Source of the DNA: Mustelus asterias
Taxonomy: Eukaryota
Assembly (NCBI RefSeq): GCF_964213995.1
Contig: NW_027590144.1
Span: forward strand, 310,001 to 374,000
Direction of reading: 5' to 3'
Length of the DNA: 64,000 bases
Positions 34,443 to 45,789 of the stretch are shown here, piece after piece. The notes under the pieces were generated by a model. That model made no database searches. It was not told the DNA's origin and was given only the letters and a program-made list of their open reading frames with translations. The position numbers were made by a program, and so were the translations under genes. Numbering within the stretch: position 1 is the first letter of the stretch; each line of letters begins with the position of its first letter.

Positions 34443-35684
34443 TCCACGTCAGATCAGCCATGATCTTATTGAATGGCGGGGCAGGCTCGAGGGGCTAGAT
34501 GGCCTACTCCTGCTCCTATTTCTTATGTTCTTATAAGGATGATAAAGTCTGGGTTCTGATTCTCATGTAGAACTAACAAAACGAATGAATCAGTTTATAA
34601 AGAACAGAAGTGACCCATCCCTAACAAAAACTGATCAAATTAAAATAATTCGGTTGAGGAAGAAAACAAAAAGAATAATAGATGAAGTTTAAAATTAAGA
34701 TTGTTTTGTTGTTAGAGATTTTTTAAATTATGTAAAGTGATGTAATTGTGTGCCAAGTTTTTTTCTGCTCACTCCCCACCCCTTTAGGTTCAGTAGAAAA
34801 GTTAATTTGTTTTTAAATCGCCCGGAAACTTATGTCTATTTTGCTTTATAATTGAGGATTTATGGGAACCAGTTAAATGTGGAAATTTTAAGCATAGCCA
34901 CTAAGACCATATTTGCTTGCGGTGTGACCCCGAGTCAGGAACAGTTTCAGAGTCAACAACCTGTTCCTGAGAACATGGCAGAGGGTCATGCTGCTGTGGA
35001 TGTTCACCAGGAAATGGTTCCAGCTTTGCCAGTTGACTCTGCTGTGGGAGTGGAAGAGGAATGTTTATGTACAGATTCTCAAACTACCTCTTCACCTCCC
35101 ATTCCAGAAACACCATTACAAGATTTACCAGTGGTATTGTACAGGTCGCAATGCAACCACAAAGCTTCTGACAGACTTCCGTATTGTTAAAGACATTACT
35201 TTGTTGTATTTCTGTCCTGATGGGGGATTGAAATTTAAGGGGAGGAGAAGTGTTACAGAGTGTTCTTCTCAACCTCTCTCCCTTCTGAGCACGTGCGGAC
35301 TTTGGGCGGGGTTTCAGTCTGCAAGTCCAGGCTGGTTCCAATGCTCCTGTTTCCTTTTGTTTGCCAATGATTTTTAAACTTTGTTATTTATTTATATAAA
35401 GAACATCCTGCTTTTAACAATGCATTTGACGACCTTATCTGTGACTGAAGTTCCCACAATTGTAAAGCAGGAGATTAGTTAAATGGACAGCCTGAATTGA
35501 GAGACAATTAAAGAATAAATGATTCATTAATACAGTTGTTAGGCTGGAAATGTAAATTTGAACACAAAAGTTTATAACGTTTAGAATTATAAAGATATAA
35601 AGAATGTTTAAAATGCTGTGGGAATTATAAAATGTTCCCTTCTGAGGCCAACAGAATAGAAAAAAAACAGATAACAAGACTTGT

Positions 35685-35993
35685 TAGCGTGGTGCGGTGC
35701 CACAGTGGTTAGCACTGCTGCCTCACAGCGCCAGGGACCTGGGTTCAATTCCCGGCTTGGGTGACTATGCGGAGTCTGCACGTTCTCACCCGTGTCTGCG
35801 TGGGTTTCCTCTGGGTGCTCCAGTTTGTTCCCACAGTCCAAAGGACGTGCTGGTTAGGTGGATTGACGATGGTAAATTCTCCCTCAGTGAACCCGAACAG
35901 ATGCCGGAGTGTTGCGACTAGGGGGATTTTCCCAATAACTTCATTGCAGTGTTAATGTCAGCCTACTTGTGACACTAATAAATAAACTTTAAA
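35685..35993 (+). mobile_element. V-SINE with alternative tail
   Basis: A/B boxes, V-domain, aataaataaacttt tail. Confidence 0.85.
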
Positions 35994-36316
35994 ACATTGT
36001 TAACATTGACTGGAGGGAATGAATCAGCTCCTGTTCAAGATGTCTCAACATTGAATGACTGATGTTAACCAATTATTGGTCAACACTCAGGCTCCCCCAA
36101 GCTAAGAGATATCGGTTGAGAGAAAGAATTGTCTTAAAATTCAGACAATTTGTGCAACTAGCTAAAAACCAAACCAGTTTCATTATTGACAAGTTATAGA
36201 CCAATTGGCTAATTCCCAACAATTGGCTGAGCTGGGCTTTCTACATTCTGAAAGTATAAAAAAGGGGATTCGAGAAACCAATTTGGCAGAAGTTTTTAAA
36301 AGTTCAAGGTTTTTTT

Positions 36317-36575
36317 AAGTTTATTTATTAGTGTCACACATTCACACTGCAATGAAGTTACTCTGAAAATCCCCTAGTCGCCACTCTGGCGCCTGTTCGG
36401 GTAAACTGAGGGAGAATTTAGCATGCTCAATGTACCTAACCAGCAAGTCCTTCGGTCTGTGGGAGAAAACCCACACAGACAGGGGGAATATACAGACTCT
36501 GCACAGACAGTGACCGAAGGCAGAACTCAAACCTGGGTCTCTGGCGCTGTGAGGCAGCAGTGCGAACCACTGTGT
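36317..36575 (-). mobile_element. V-SINE with alternative tail (internally deleted)
   Basis: Inverted homolog of 35685-35993. Confidence 0.8.
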
Positions 36576-37033
36576 CCTACAGAGAGGTGTTGGGAGCTGT
36601 TGATTTTACAAGTTATCCGTGTTTTCAGTGCCACCACTTCATGTACTGGTCTGAGAGGGATGGAGAGAAGTTAAAGTTAAGCTTTCTCCTTTACTGTTGA
36701 TCGATACTTTGCTTTTTTAAATCTTTCTGACTTGTTACATTTTTAATGGTGAATAAACTTTCTGAATTCACCATTGAAAGTGTTCTTTCTTGCCATATGG
36801 TTGAGTCACTGGAACCTGGGTGAGTTATGATTAGGGAGGTTGTTGTAAACAAGTGAACCCCATAAATCTTAGTTCAAACAAATCAAAATTCTTACATATG
36901 GAATGCAATCCTTTATTCTGAGAGAAATTGAACATTGAAGTAAAGACGTTATGCTTCAGTTATACAGGGCGTTGCTGGAACTGCATCTTGAATAGGGGCT
37001 GCAGTTTTTGTCTCCTATTAAACAAAGGATTGG

Positions 37034-37347
37034 AGAATCCCTACAGTACAGACAGAGGCCGTTCTGTCCATCGAGTCTGTACCAAACACCATCCCACCCA
37101 GGCCCTATTCCCATAACCACATGCATTTACTCCAGCCAGTCCGCCTGACACTAAAGGTCAATTTAACACGGCCAAATCAACCTAACCCACACATCTTTGG
37201 ACTGTGGGAGGAAACCGGAGCACCCGGAGGAAACCCACGCAGACACAGGGAGAATGTGCAAACTCCACACAGACAGTGACCCAGGCTGGAATTGAACCTG
37301 GGTCCCTGGCGTTGTGAGGCAGCAGTGCTAACCACTGTGCTGCCCCA
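37034..37347 (-). mobile_element. HE1-like SINE
   Basis: Head, V-domain and CR1-type tail. Confidence 0.88.
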
Positions 37348-37756
37348 TTTTATAAATACCATGGAAACAGTTCAGAGGAGATTTACTAGATTGATTCCCA
37401 ATCCAGTAGTGTGAAATATTAACACTGTTTCTCTCTCCACAGATGCTGCCAGACCTAATGCATTTTTGCAGTCCTTTCTGTATTTATTTTAGATCTCCCT
37501 GTAGTGGTAGGAAAAACACTATTTACTATCCAGGATAAAATAAATGTCCTTCATCAGCTTTTGTGGATCATTTCAGTGGCAATGTGCTCTCCCAGGCTCA
37601 AAGAGCATCAGCCCACTGGAAGCAAAGTCGTGAGACCGGCCAGTCCAGCAGAAAGAAACCCTCCGACCCTCCCACTTCACCAACTGTCAGAATGAACATG
37701 GTTCAGTCCTGGATGTGATTAACAGCAGCAATAACAGCAGAATTCAACCCCTGTCA

Positions 37757-38599
37757 TCACTTGTGAACTCGTTGGTGTCTCCGCAGGCTGGATGACTGAG
37801 TGAATCCCTTCCCACACAAACAGCAGGTGAACGGTCTCCCCCCAGTGTGAACTCGCTGGTGCTCCCGCAGGCTGGATGACGTTCTAAATCTCTTTGTGCA
37901 GTGAGAGCAGCTGAACGGTCTCTCCTCAGTGTGAATGCGCTGGTGGATAACCAGATCCCGAGAACTTTTGAAACCACTGCCACAGTCAGAGCATTTAAAG
38001 GGTCTCTCCTGAGTGTGAGTGAGATTGTGACTCAGCAGGCTGGAGGAATGAGTGAATCCCTTCCCACACACAGAGCAGGTGAACGGTCTCTCCCTGGTGT
38101 GAATTCGCTGGTGCTCCCGCAGGTGGGATGATGTTCTAAATGTCTTTGTGCAGTGAGAGCAGGTGAACGGTCTCTCCCCAGTGTGAATCCGCTGGTGGAT
38201 CGTCAGTTCCCGAGAGCTTTTGAAACCATTTCCACAGTCAGAGCACTTAAAGGGTCTCTCATTGGTGTGAGTGACTTTGTGTTTTGACAGATTGGATAAC
38301 TGCATAAATCCTTTCCCACACACCAAGCAGATGAATGGTCTCTCTCCAGTGTGAACGCGCTGGTGTCTCTGCAGATCGGGTAAATGAGCGAATCCGTTCC
38401 CACACTCAAAGCAGATGAACGCTCTTTCTCCAGTGTGAACCAGTCGATGTCGCTGCAGATGATATAACCGAGTGAATCCCTTCCCACACACACAACAGGT
38501 GTACGGCTTCTCTCCAGTGTGAATACGTCGATGAATTTGCAGCTCAGAGGGGGTTTTGCAACCTTTCCCACAGTCCCCACATTTCCACAGTTTCTCCAT
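37757..38599 (-). CDS. C2H2 poly-zinc-finger protein Z5 (10 fingers, 280 aa; Z1-like subfamily)
   Basis: Intact ORF; shares HKVTH/HNLTH, FKCSDCG and CSHC fingers with Z1. Confidence 0.9.
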   Translation of the reverse strand: MEKLWKCGDCGKGCKTPSELQIHRRIHTGEKPYTCCVCGKGFTRLYHLQRHRLVHTGERAFICFECGNGFAHLPDLQRHQRVHTGERPFICLVCGKGFMQLSNLSKHKVTHTNERPFKCSDCGNGFKSSRELTIHQRIHTGERPFTCSHCTKTFRTSSHLREHQRIHTRERPFTCSVCGKGFTHSSSLLSHNLTHTQERPFKCSDCGSGFKSSRDLVIHQRIHTEERPFSCSHCTKRFRTSSSLREHQRVHTGGRPFTCCLCGKGFTQSSSLRRHQRVHK

Positions 38600-39374
38600 G
38601 TTGCAGGTGTCCTTGTGTTGCTCCAGGTTTGACCATCAGTTGAAGTCTCACACGGAACAATATTATGGTGCCCTGCTGCGATGGTGCAATATTTTTTCAG
38701 GCTGTGTAACTGGGAGACTCTTTCCACAGTCACTGCATGGGAAAATCTCAGTTGATTTTGTGTGTGTGTGTGTCAGTCCTGTTCCAGTCACACTGATGTT
38801 TAAAGACTGCTGAAGCCGATAGAACAGAGAAACATTTCTCCTTCTGGATTCAAAGACCGAAGATATTCAGGTCCCGATGAATTGAGTGACTCTGTCAGAT
38901 GTTGATGTGATGTTTGGTTTGAGATTTCCGTCTGTAAAATCCTCAACTTCTGATGTCCTGTAAAAGGAGTTTACAAAGGTTATCACTGTCAGTACAGGAT
39001 AGAAATTCAGAACAGACAATTCTAGTTTCTATGGAACATTATTTCCTCTCTCATTCCCTAAGAGCTGTAAATCTCCATCCCACACACTCTCCCTCCATTC
39101 TTACTCTGCTGTATCTAATATTCACCCTCTGATTGAGGCTGATTGATAGATCCATGCTCACTGCTTCCTGTCCTGGACACAGAGAGCTGGAAACCTCCAT
39201 GCAGGCTGCCAGACAGATATATGTCTATCTGACTGGACTAACTATGTGTGGAACATACCAACTGGATTCACTTCCTTTCCCTTCAGTTGCTGCAAGTCCC
39301 CAATATCCCCCAGAATGAGAAAAGAAATGGAAAGGGGGAGAAAAGAAAAAGTGTTTTACTCACAGATGTTGGCC

Positions 39375-39752
39375 TTTTTTAAGGTCAAACCAAATAAACA
39401 AACTCAAGTTAAATCAGGACAAAGTAAAAGGGGCAGCTCCCCAAAAGGAGGGGGAGCAGCCCGAACAAAAATCAAAGTACAAAGGAAACTTAAAAACATC
39501 AAATCATAATGTGATTATCAGGGTCAATAATGCACCCCAACCCCTGCAGTGCCCAGCGGGGGCGGAAGGCGTCAAGCGCACCCATGGACATCGCATGTTC
39601 CCTCTCCAGGGACACCTGGCCGCGAACGTAGCCACAGTAGAGGGGCAGACAGTCAGGGTGGATGGCCCCCTCGATCGCCTGCTGCCTGGACCGATAAATG
39701 GCGCGCTTTGCCAGGCCCAGGAGCAGGTTCACAAGGAGGTCGCCATCCCGAC
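39375..39752 (-). mobile_element. Tx1/L1-clade non-LTR retrotransposon 3' end
   Basis: ORF 39499-39732 NLLLGLAKRAIYRSR..LEREH...F..RW is typical of Tx1 ORF2 C-termini, followed by a T-rich 3' UTR ending taaaaaag. Confidence 0.7.
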
Positions 39753-39991
39753 CCTCTCTGTGTGGGTTTCCTCCGGGTGCTCCAGTTTCCTCCCACAGTC
39801 CAAAGATGTGCGGGTTAGGTTGATTGGCTATGCTAAAAAAATTGCCCCTTAGTGTCCTGGAATGCGTAGATTAGAGGGATTAGCGGGTAAAATATGTAGG
39901 GATATGGGGTAGGGCCTGGGTGGGATTGTGGTCGGTGCAGACTCGATGGGCTGAATGGCCTCTTTCTGTGCTGTAGGGTTTCTATGGTTCT
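39753..39991 (+). mobile_element. HE1-like SINE, 5'-truncated
   Basis: V-domain plus tail. Confidence 0.85.
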
Positions 39992-40019
39992 ATTGTCCCT
40001 CTGAAGACAGAGGTTCTGA

Positions 40020-40365
40020 ACCAGCCCCTGAAACTCCGCCCATTGTGACCCGCCACCGACAGCAGCGCATGCGCTCTCCTTCCCCGCTGAAACAAGATGG
40101 CGGCCGATAACCGGGGCCTGTTCCCGGGATAAAAGCCTTGGAGCTGTAAACCCAAGACCTGCAGGGTCTTATTCGGGCCGTGCGGCCTACAGCGGATGTT
40201 TGTGAAGCCATAGCTCCCTCCCTGCCCCGACTCCCGGCTCCATTTCTCCCGCAGCGCCACCGACTCACCCGTTACAAAAAGCCGCTCCCGCACTCTCAGG
40301 TCTCCGGGCAAAGTGACACTGCGCACGCTCCAGATATAGCATTGCGCCTGCGCAATAGGCTCCTG
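40020..40365. promoter_or_regulatory. CpG-island promoter (second type) upstream of Z5
   Basis: YY1 motif CAAGATGGCGGC at 40093-40104, NRF1-like gcgcatgcgc and tgcgcctgcgca, GC box, minus-strand donor gtgagt at 40268. Homologous to 44180-44620. Confidence 0.65.
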
Positions 40366-40907
40366 TGGAATGAATAGGACACTTGCACACCCGCAGGGCC
40401 ACCTGGGAATTAACGGCGTAATTGTCAAAGACAATAATAGAAAATTATCTTGTGCAATTAAGATCAATTAATTTTTAAAAATGCATTCCTCGAAATTTGT
40501 GCGCTGCCATTCTCTATTTATAAAATTGATTTAAACCAGTGCTCTCCTGTGGGAATACCTCGAGTTTTTAAAACTTTTCCCACTGGTTTCCTCCCCTCTG
40601 CTCTCCCGAAGGTGCTCATACTGGTTGGGTAAATCCCACAGAGACAGGTTTCTTTCACTTTCTTTCTCCTGATGCTGAATATTCTGTTTTATGGAACGAT
40701 ACATCACAGATGGAAACCATTTGGCACATCCTGCCCAGTCGGGCAGTCTTTAAGATCTGTCCAATTAATCCCACAGCCCTGCTGGCAGAGTGAGAACGAT
40801 ATCTATATGTACTGCAGCAATGCAGGAGGTGAATGGAAAATGTTTTCCAGTTGCATACCTCTCAGACACACTCATCCCTGGAAAGATAAATTGGCCTGTG
40901 TACTAAG

Positions 40908-41866
40908 GACAAAGAAAATTACAGCACAGGAACAGGCCCTTCGGCCCTCCAAGCTTGCACCGACCATACTGCCTGACTTAACTAAAACCCACGACCCTTC
41001 CAGGGACCATATCCCTCTATTCCCATCTGGTTCATGTACTTGTCAAGACGCCCCTTAAAAGTCAATACCGTATCTGCTTCCACTACCTCCCCCGGCAATG
41101 AATTCCAGGCACCCACCACTCTCTGTGTAAAAAATCTGCCTCGTACATCTCTTTTAAACTTTACCCCTCGCACCTTAAACCTATTCCCCCGAGTAATTGA
41201 CTCTTCCACCCAGGGAAAAAGCTTCTGACTATCCACTCTGTCCATGCCTCTCATAATCTTGTAGACTTCTATCAGGTGTCCCCTCAACCTCCGTCGCTCA
41301 AGTGAGAACAAACCAAGTTTCTCCAACCTCTCCTCATAGCTAATGCCCTCCATACCAGGCAACATCCTGGTAAATCTTTTCTGGACCCTCTCGAAAGCCT
41401 CCACATCCTTCTGGTCGTGTGGCAACCAGAATTGAACACAATATTCCAAGTGCGGCCTAACTAAAGGTTCTATAAAGCTGCAACATGACTTGCCAATTTT
41501 TAAACTCAATGCCCCAGCCGATGAAGGCAAGCATGCCGTATGTCTTCTTGATGACCTTCTCCACCTGCATTGCCACTTTCAGTGATCTGTGCACCTGTAC
41601 ACCCCGATCCCTTTGCCTATCAATATTGTTAAGGGTTCTGCCATTTACTGTATATTTCCTATCTGTATTCGACCTTCCAGAATGCATTACGTCACGTGTC
41701 CGGATTAAACTCCATCTGCCATCTCTCCACCCAAGTCTCCAACCGATCTATATCCTGCTGTATCCTCTGATAGTCCTCATCGCTATCCGCAAATCCACCA
41801 ACCTCTGTGTCGTCCGCAAATTTACTAATCAATCCAGTTACATTTTCCTCCAAATCATTTATATAT
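40908..41866 (-). mobile_element. CR1 3' fragment truncating the Z6 finger array
   Basis: YINDLEE..FADD..LVRPHLEYC begins immediately after HTG of Z6 finger 4 in the same orientation. Confidence 0.92.
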
Positions 41867-42656
41867 ATTCTATATATCCTGTGTGAATTCGCTGTTGTGT
41901 CCAAAGACTGGATGGCCTAGCAAACTCCTTCCCACACAAGGAGCAGGTGAACGATCTCTCCCCAGTGTGAACTCGCTGATGTGCACTGAGGTTGGATGAA
42001 CATGAGAACCCCTTTCCACAGGTGGAGCAGCTGAACGGCCTCTCCTCAGTGTGAATTTGCTGGTGTAACAGCAGGTGGGATGAGATAGTGAATCCTTTCC
42101 CACACACAGAACAGATGAATGGCCTCTCTCCAGTGTGACTGTGTCTATGGTTTTGCAGCAAGTACGGATAATTGCATCCTTTATCACAATCATCACATTT
42201 CCATGGTTTCTCCATTTTCCCAACCCCAATGAGACCATAGAATCATAGAAATCATAGAAACCCTACAGTGCAGAAGGAGGCCATTCGGCCCATCGAGTCT
42301 ACACCGACCACAATCCCACCCAGGACCTACCCCCACATATTTTACCCACTAATCCCTCTAACCTACACATCCCAGGACTCTAAGGGGCAATTTTTAACCT
42401 GGCCAATCAACCTAACCCGCACATCTTTGGACTGTGGGAGGAAACCGGAGCACCCGGAGGAAACCCACGCAGACACGAGGAGAATGTGCAAACTCCACAC
42501 AGACAGTGACCCGAGCATCGAACCCAGGACCCTGGAGCTGTGAAGCAGCAGTGCTAACCACTGTGCTACCGTGCCGCCCATTTTGTCAATGGGTTTCCAA
42601 CCGGGTGGATAATTGAATCCTTTACCACAATCCTCACATTTCCACGGTTTGTCCAT
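41867..42656 (-). pseudogene. C2H2 zinc-finger locus Z6, disrupted by SINE and CR1 insertions
   Basis: MDKPWKCEDC (42656), then the SINE, then MEKPWKCDDC plus 3 more fingers (42215-41878), then the CR1. Confidence 0.85.
42237..42579 (-). mobile_element. Full-length HE1-like SINE inside Z6
   Basis: Nearly identical to 15734-16073. Confidence 0.92.
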
Positions 42657-43624
42657 GGTGCTGGTGTCCTTCTGTCTCTCCAGGTTGGATGATTAGTTGA
42701 AGCCTCATCCACATACAGACCATGGTGTGATGTTTTTCAGACTATGTAACTGGTTAAAGCTCTATCCACAGTCAGTTCACTGGAGCACTCTCACTTGGGT
42801 GTGTGTGTGTGTTTTTCAGTTCTTTTTCTGTCACATTGAATTTTGAAATTTTCTTCCACTGACAAAACAGGGAATGATTTATCCCTCCACTGTCAAAAGC
42901 AATCATATTCAGGTCATGATGAATCGAATGGCTCTGTCAGACTTTGATGTGAAGTTTAGTTTGAGTTTCCTGTCTGTGAATCTTCCTCTTCTAGTTCCCT
43001 GCAAAAAGAGTTTTAAAAAACTGCTTCAGAACAGACAATTTCAGTTTCCACGAAACATTTCTCCATCTTATTTATCTTGAGCTGTAATCCCCATCCCACA
43101 CACTCTCTCTTGTCCCTGAGCTGAAATCAAACTCATTGCCCCACCTCCACTCTGAGCTCAGCTCCCTCTCCCTCCAGCTGGATTCAGTCCTGCAGGCCAT
43201 GTGCAGATTGAGAGTACAATCAAGGAGTCAATTATTTTCCTTCCAAGTCAGGGGACGTGCAGCCCCACTGACTCTGTTGTTACCACAATAGGCACACGTG
43301 CTCTGCTCACCAATGAAACACCACAGTGACCATTAACATGGGCCTGTTCCTTGGAAAAGCTCCATTTTATTTGTGCCACAACACCAGGGGAATTACCTCC
43401 TGCACAGGCACAAAGGTATCATCAGTCACAGAAAATAATTGCAGCTGGAGTCTCAAACCTCATTTTACCATTTGGTCCCAGACATTCTCAATTCAATTTT
43501 GAAATGCAAACTGAAATCTGGCAAAGTGGGGTAAATTAAACACATTTTAATGGTCATTTTCAGAATGACTATTCCCAAGAATTAATTCCTAAGTCAGTAA
43601 ATTAAAATTCTCATCAGCAATATA

Positions 43625-43953
43625 GGCAGCACAGTTGTTAGCACTGCTGCCTCACAGCTCCAGGGACCTGGGTTCGATTCCCAACTTGGGTCACTGTCCG
43701 TGTGGAGTCTGCCTGTTCTCCCCATGCCTGCCTGGGTTTTCTCCAGATGCTCCGGTTTCCTCCCATCGTCCAAAGATATGCCAGTTAGGTGCATTGGCTA
43801 TGCTAAATTGCCCCTTAGTGTCCTGGAATGAGTAGGTTCGAGGGATTCGCAGGTTACATATGTGGGGTTATGGGAATAGGGCTTAGGTGGGATTGTTGTC
43901 AGTGCAGACTCGATGGGCCGAATAACCTCCTTCAGCACTGTAGGGATTCTATG
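43625..43953 (+). mobile_element. HE1-like SINE
   Basis: B box, V-domain, tail. Confidence 0.85.
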
Positions 43954-44179
43954 AAATACATTGGGAGAATTGCTATTTCAATGGGCATTTTCACAAATGC
44001 TGTAAAATGATTTTTCAAAACAAATTAATATTTTCTTCAACGGATCATTAATAAATAAAAAGTATTTAATAAAACAACCACCCAGTGTGGGGTTCAGGAT
44101 TCTAACTCGGGGTTTCTGAGCTCCAGGAACCACTAACTGAACCAGCCGGAAATTGTCTCCACAAAACTTCCCCAACTCC

Positions 44180-44990
44180 CTCCCGGGAAAAAGCTGCAAA
44201 CCCGGGAGCTGCAGCTTTTTACTGGGGGTGTTGGGGCCTCCAGCGGGTGTTTGTGAATCCTCCCCGCCCACCTCCCAGGGTTTCCTTCCTTCCCAGAGAT
44301 CAGAGTCCTCATTGATTTGAGGCCAAAGTGTAACCTCTTATTTATTGTCCCCCTCCCCCATCCTCTGATGTGAACCATCCTCCAGTGGCTGAGCCAGGAT
44401 GGGGCCGTTAACCTGGGCCTGTTCCCGGGAGGGAGGGAGAAGCCCCGCAGCTGCAAACCAGGGAGCTGACAATGATTCTGAAGGGTTTGCGGATCCACAA
44501 AGTGTTTCCAAATCCTCCCAGCCACCGCCTAACGCTGACTCCGCTTCTCCGGGACAAACAAGCGCCAAGGACAGCAATGACACTGCGCATGCTCCATATC
44601 ACAATGCCTGCGGGCTGATTGACGGCAGCTCCGGACCAATAGGAAGAGGGGGCGGGGCTGGAGGACCGAGCCGGAGCGTCTGGTCTTCCAACCAATCGGA
44701 GTGAATGAGGGGCGGGACCTGAAGCATGCGCAGTGCGGGTAATGGCGACGGACGGACGGACGGTTTTAATTTGGAAGCGAGATCAATCCGAGGTAGAGGG
44801 CGGCGTGCGGGGAATGATAAATGTGGCGGGTGGGTGGAGAGACTTTGTAAACATGTTGTTCAAACCCAAACCCCGGAAATGAACTTCCCGGTCCCCCCCT
44901 TTGTACCAAATGGAGCGGCAGCTTGTAGTGTTAGACCCGGGCTGACTGCCGCCATTGAGGCTGCATGTGGGAGGCCGGCAGGGATTGTGA
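44180..44990. promoter_or_regulatory. CpG-island, probably bidirectional promoter between Z6 (-) and Z7 (+)
   Basis: CCAAT plus GC-box pairs (44636-44720), gcatgcgca, atggcg and ccggaa motifs. Confidence 0.65.
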
Positions 44991-45006
44991 TCGGAGAGTG
45001 AAGCCC

Positions 45007-45279
45007 TGACGTCACAATGGAATGGGTGAGGGTGTGATGTCACCATGGTGAGGGTGTGACGTCACAATGGAATGGGTGAGAGTGTGACGTCACAATGGAA
45101 TGGGTGAGGGTGTGACGTCACAATGGAATGGGTGAGGGTGTGACGTCACAAAGGAATGGGTGAGAATGTGACGTCAAAATGGAATGGGTGAGAGTGTGAC
45201 ATCACAATGGAATGGATGAGGGTGTGACGTCACAATGGAATGGGTGAGAGTGCGACGTCACAATGGAATGGGTGAGAGT
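45007..45279 (+). repeat. 28-bp minisatellite (10 units) carrying CRE palindromes
   Basis: Unit tgacgtcacaatggaatgggtgagggtg starts at 45007, 45035 (22 bp), 45057, 45085, 45113, 45141, 45169, 45197, 45225 and 45253. Confidence 0.95.
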
Positions 45280-45329
45280 TCCGGATGAGCTGAGACTGGG
45301 CTGGAGTCGGGCGATGGCACTGACATGTG

Positions 45330-45625
45330 GCCCGGTGGCACAGTGGTTAGTGCAGCTGCCTAACAGCGCCAGGGACCCGGGTTCAATTCCAGCCTCGGGT
45401 CGCTGTCTGTGCAGAGTTTCTACATTCTCCCCGTGTCTGTGTGGGTTTCCTCCGGGTGTTCCGGTTTCCTTCCACAGTCCAAAGATGTGCCGGTTAGACG
45501 GATTGGCCACGATAAATTGCCACTTGGTATCAGGGGGATTAACAGGTAAATATGTGGATAGGGCCTGGAAGGGATTGTTGTCGGTGCAGGCTCGATGGGC
45601 TGAATGGCCTCCTTCTACACTGTAT
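45330..45625 (+). mobile_element. HE1-like SINE
   Basis: Head, V-domain, tail. Confidence 0.85.
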
Positions 45626-45789
45626 TTTATGATTCATTATTATTAATTAATTACTATTCTGATTTACAGCTGTTTCTGAGTTTTAACTGTATCCTCTATT
45701 GTGAACACCGAGGCAAAATACTTGTTCAATTCATCTCCCAGCTCCTTATTTTTCATTAGCAATTTCTGGACTTTCTTTCTATTAGACAG

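Larger units (their letters stand above)
30241..34532 (+). mobile_element. Full-length, apparently intact CR1 LINE
   Basis: 5' UTR, ORF1, ORF2, 3' UTR and ttcttatgttctt tail. Breakpoints are defined by the empty paralogous site at 13521-13545, with an ataa duplication. Confidence 0.95.
34950..36896 (+). mobile_element. Gypsy-like LTR retrotransposon 3' remnant (integrase tail, PPT, LTR with nested SINEs)
   Basis: LYRSQCNHKASDRL* resembles the LRRSxRxxxPPxRL integrase tail. The PPT aaggggaggagaag (35237-35250) directly abuts TGTTACA at 35251. TATAAAA ~36255, AATAAA ~36752 and ..TTACA end at 36896. It is uncertain that both ends belong to one LTR. Confidence 0.55.

Noticed and set aside
45007-45279. 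CRISPR array
   Set aside because: Units are contiguous with no unique spacers, there are no cas genes, and the context is vertebrate.
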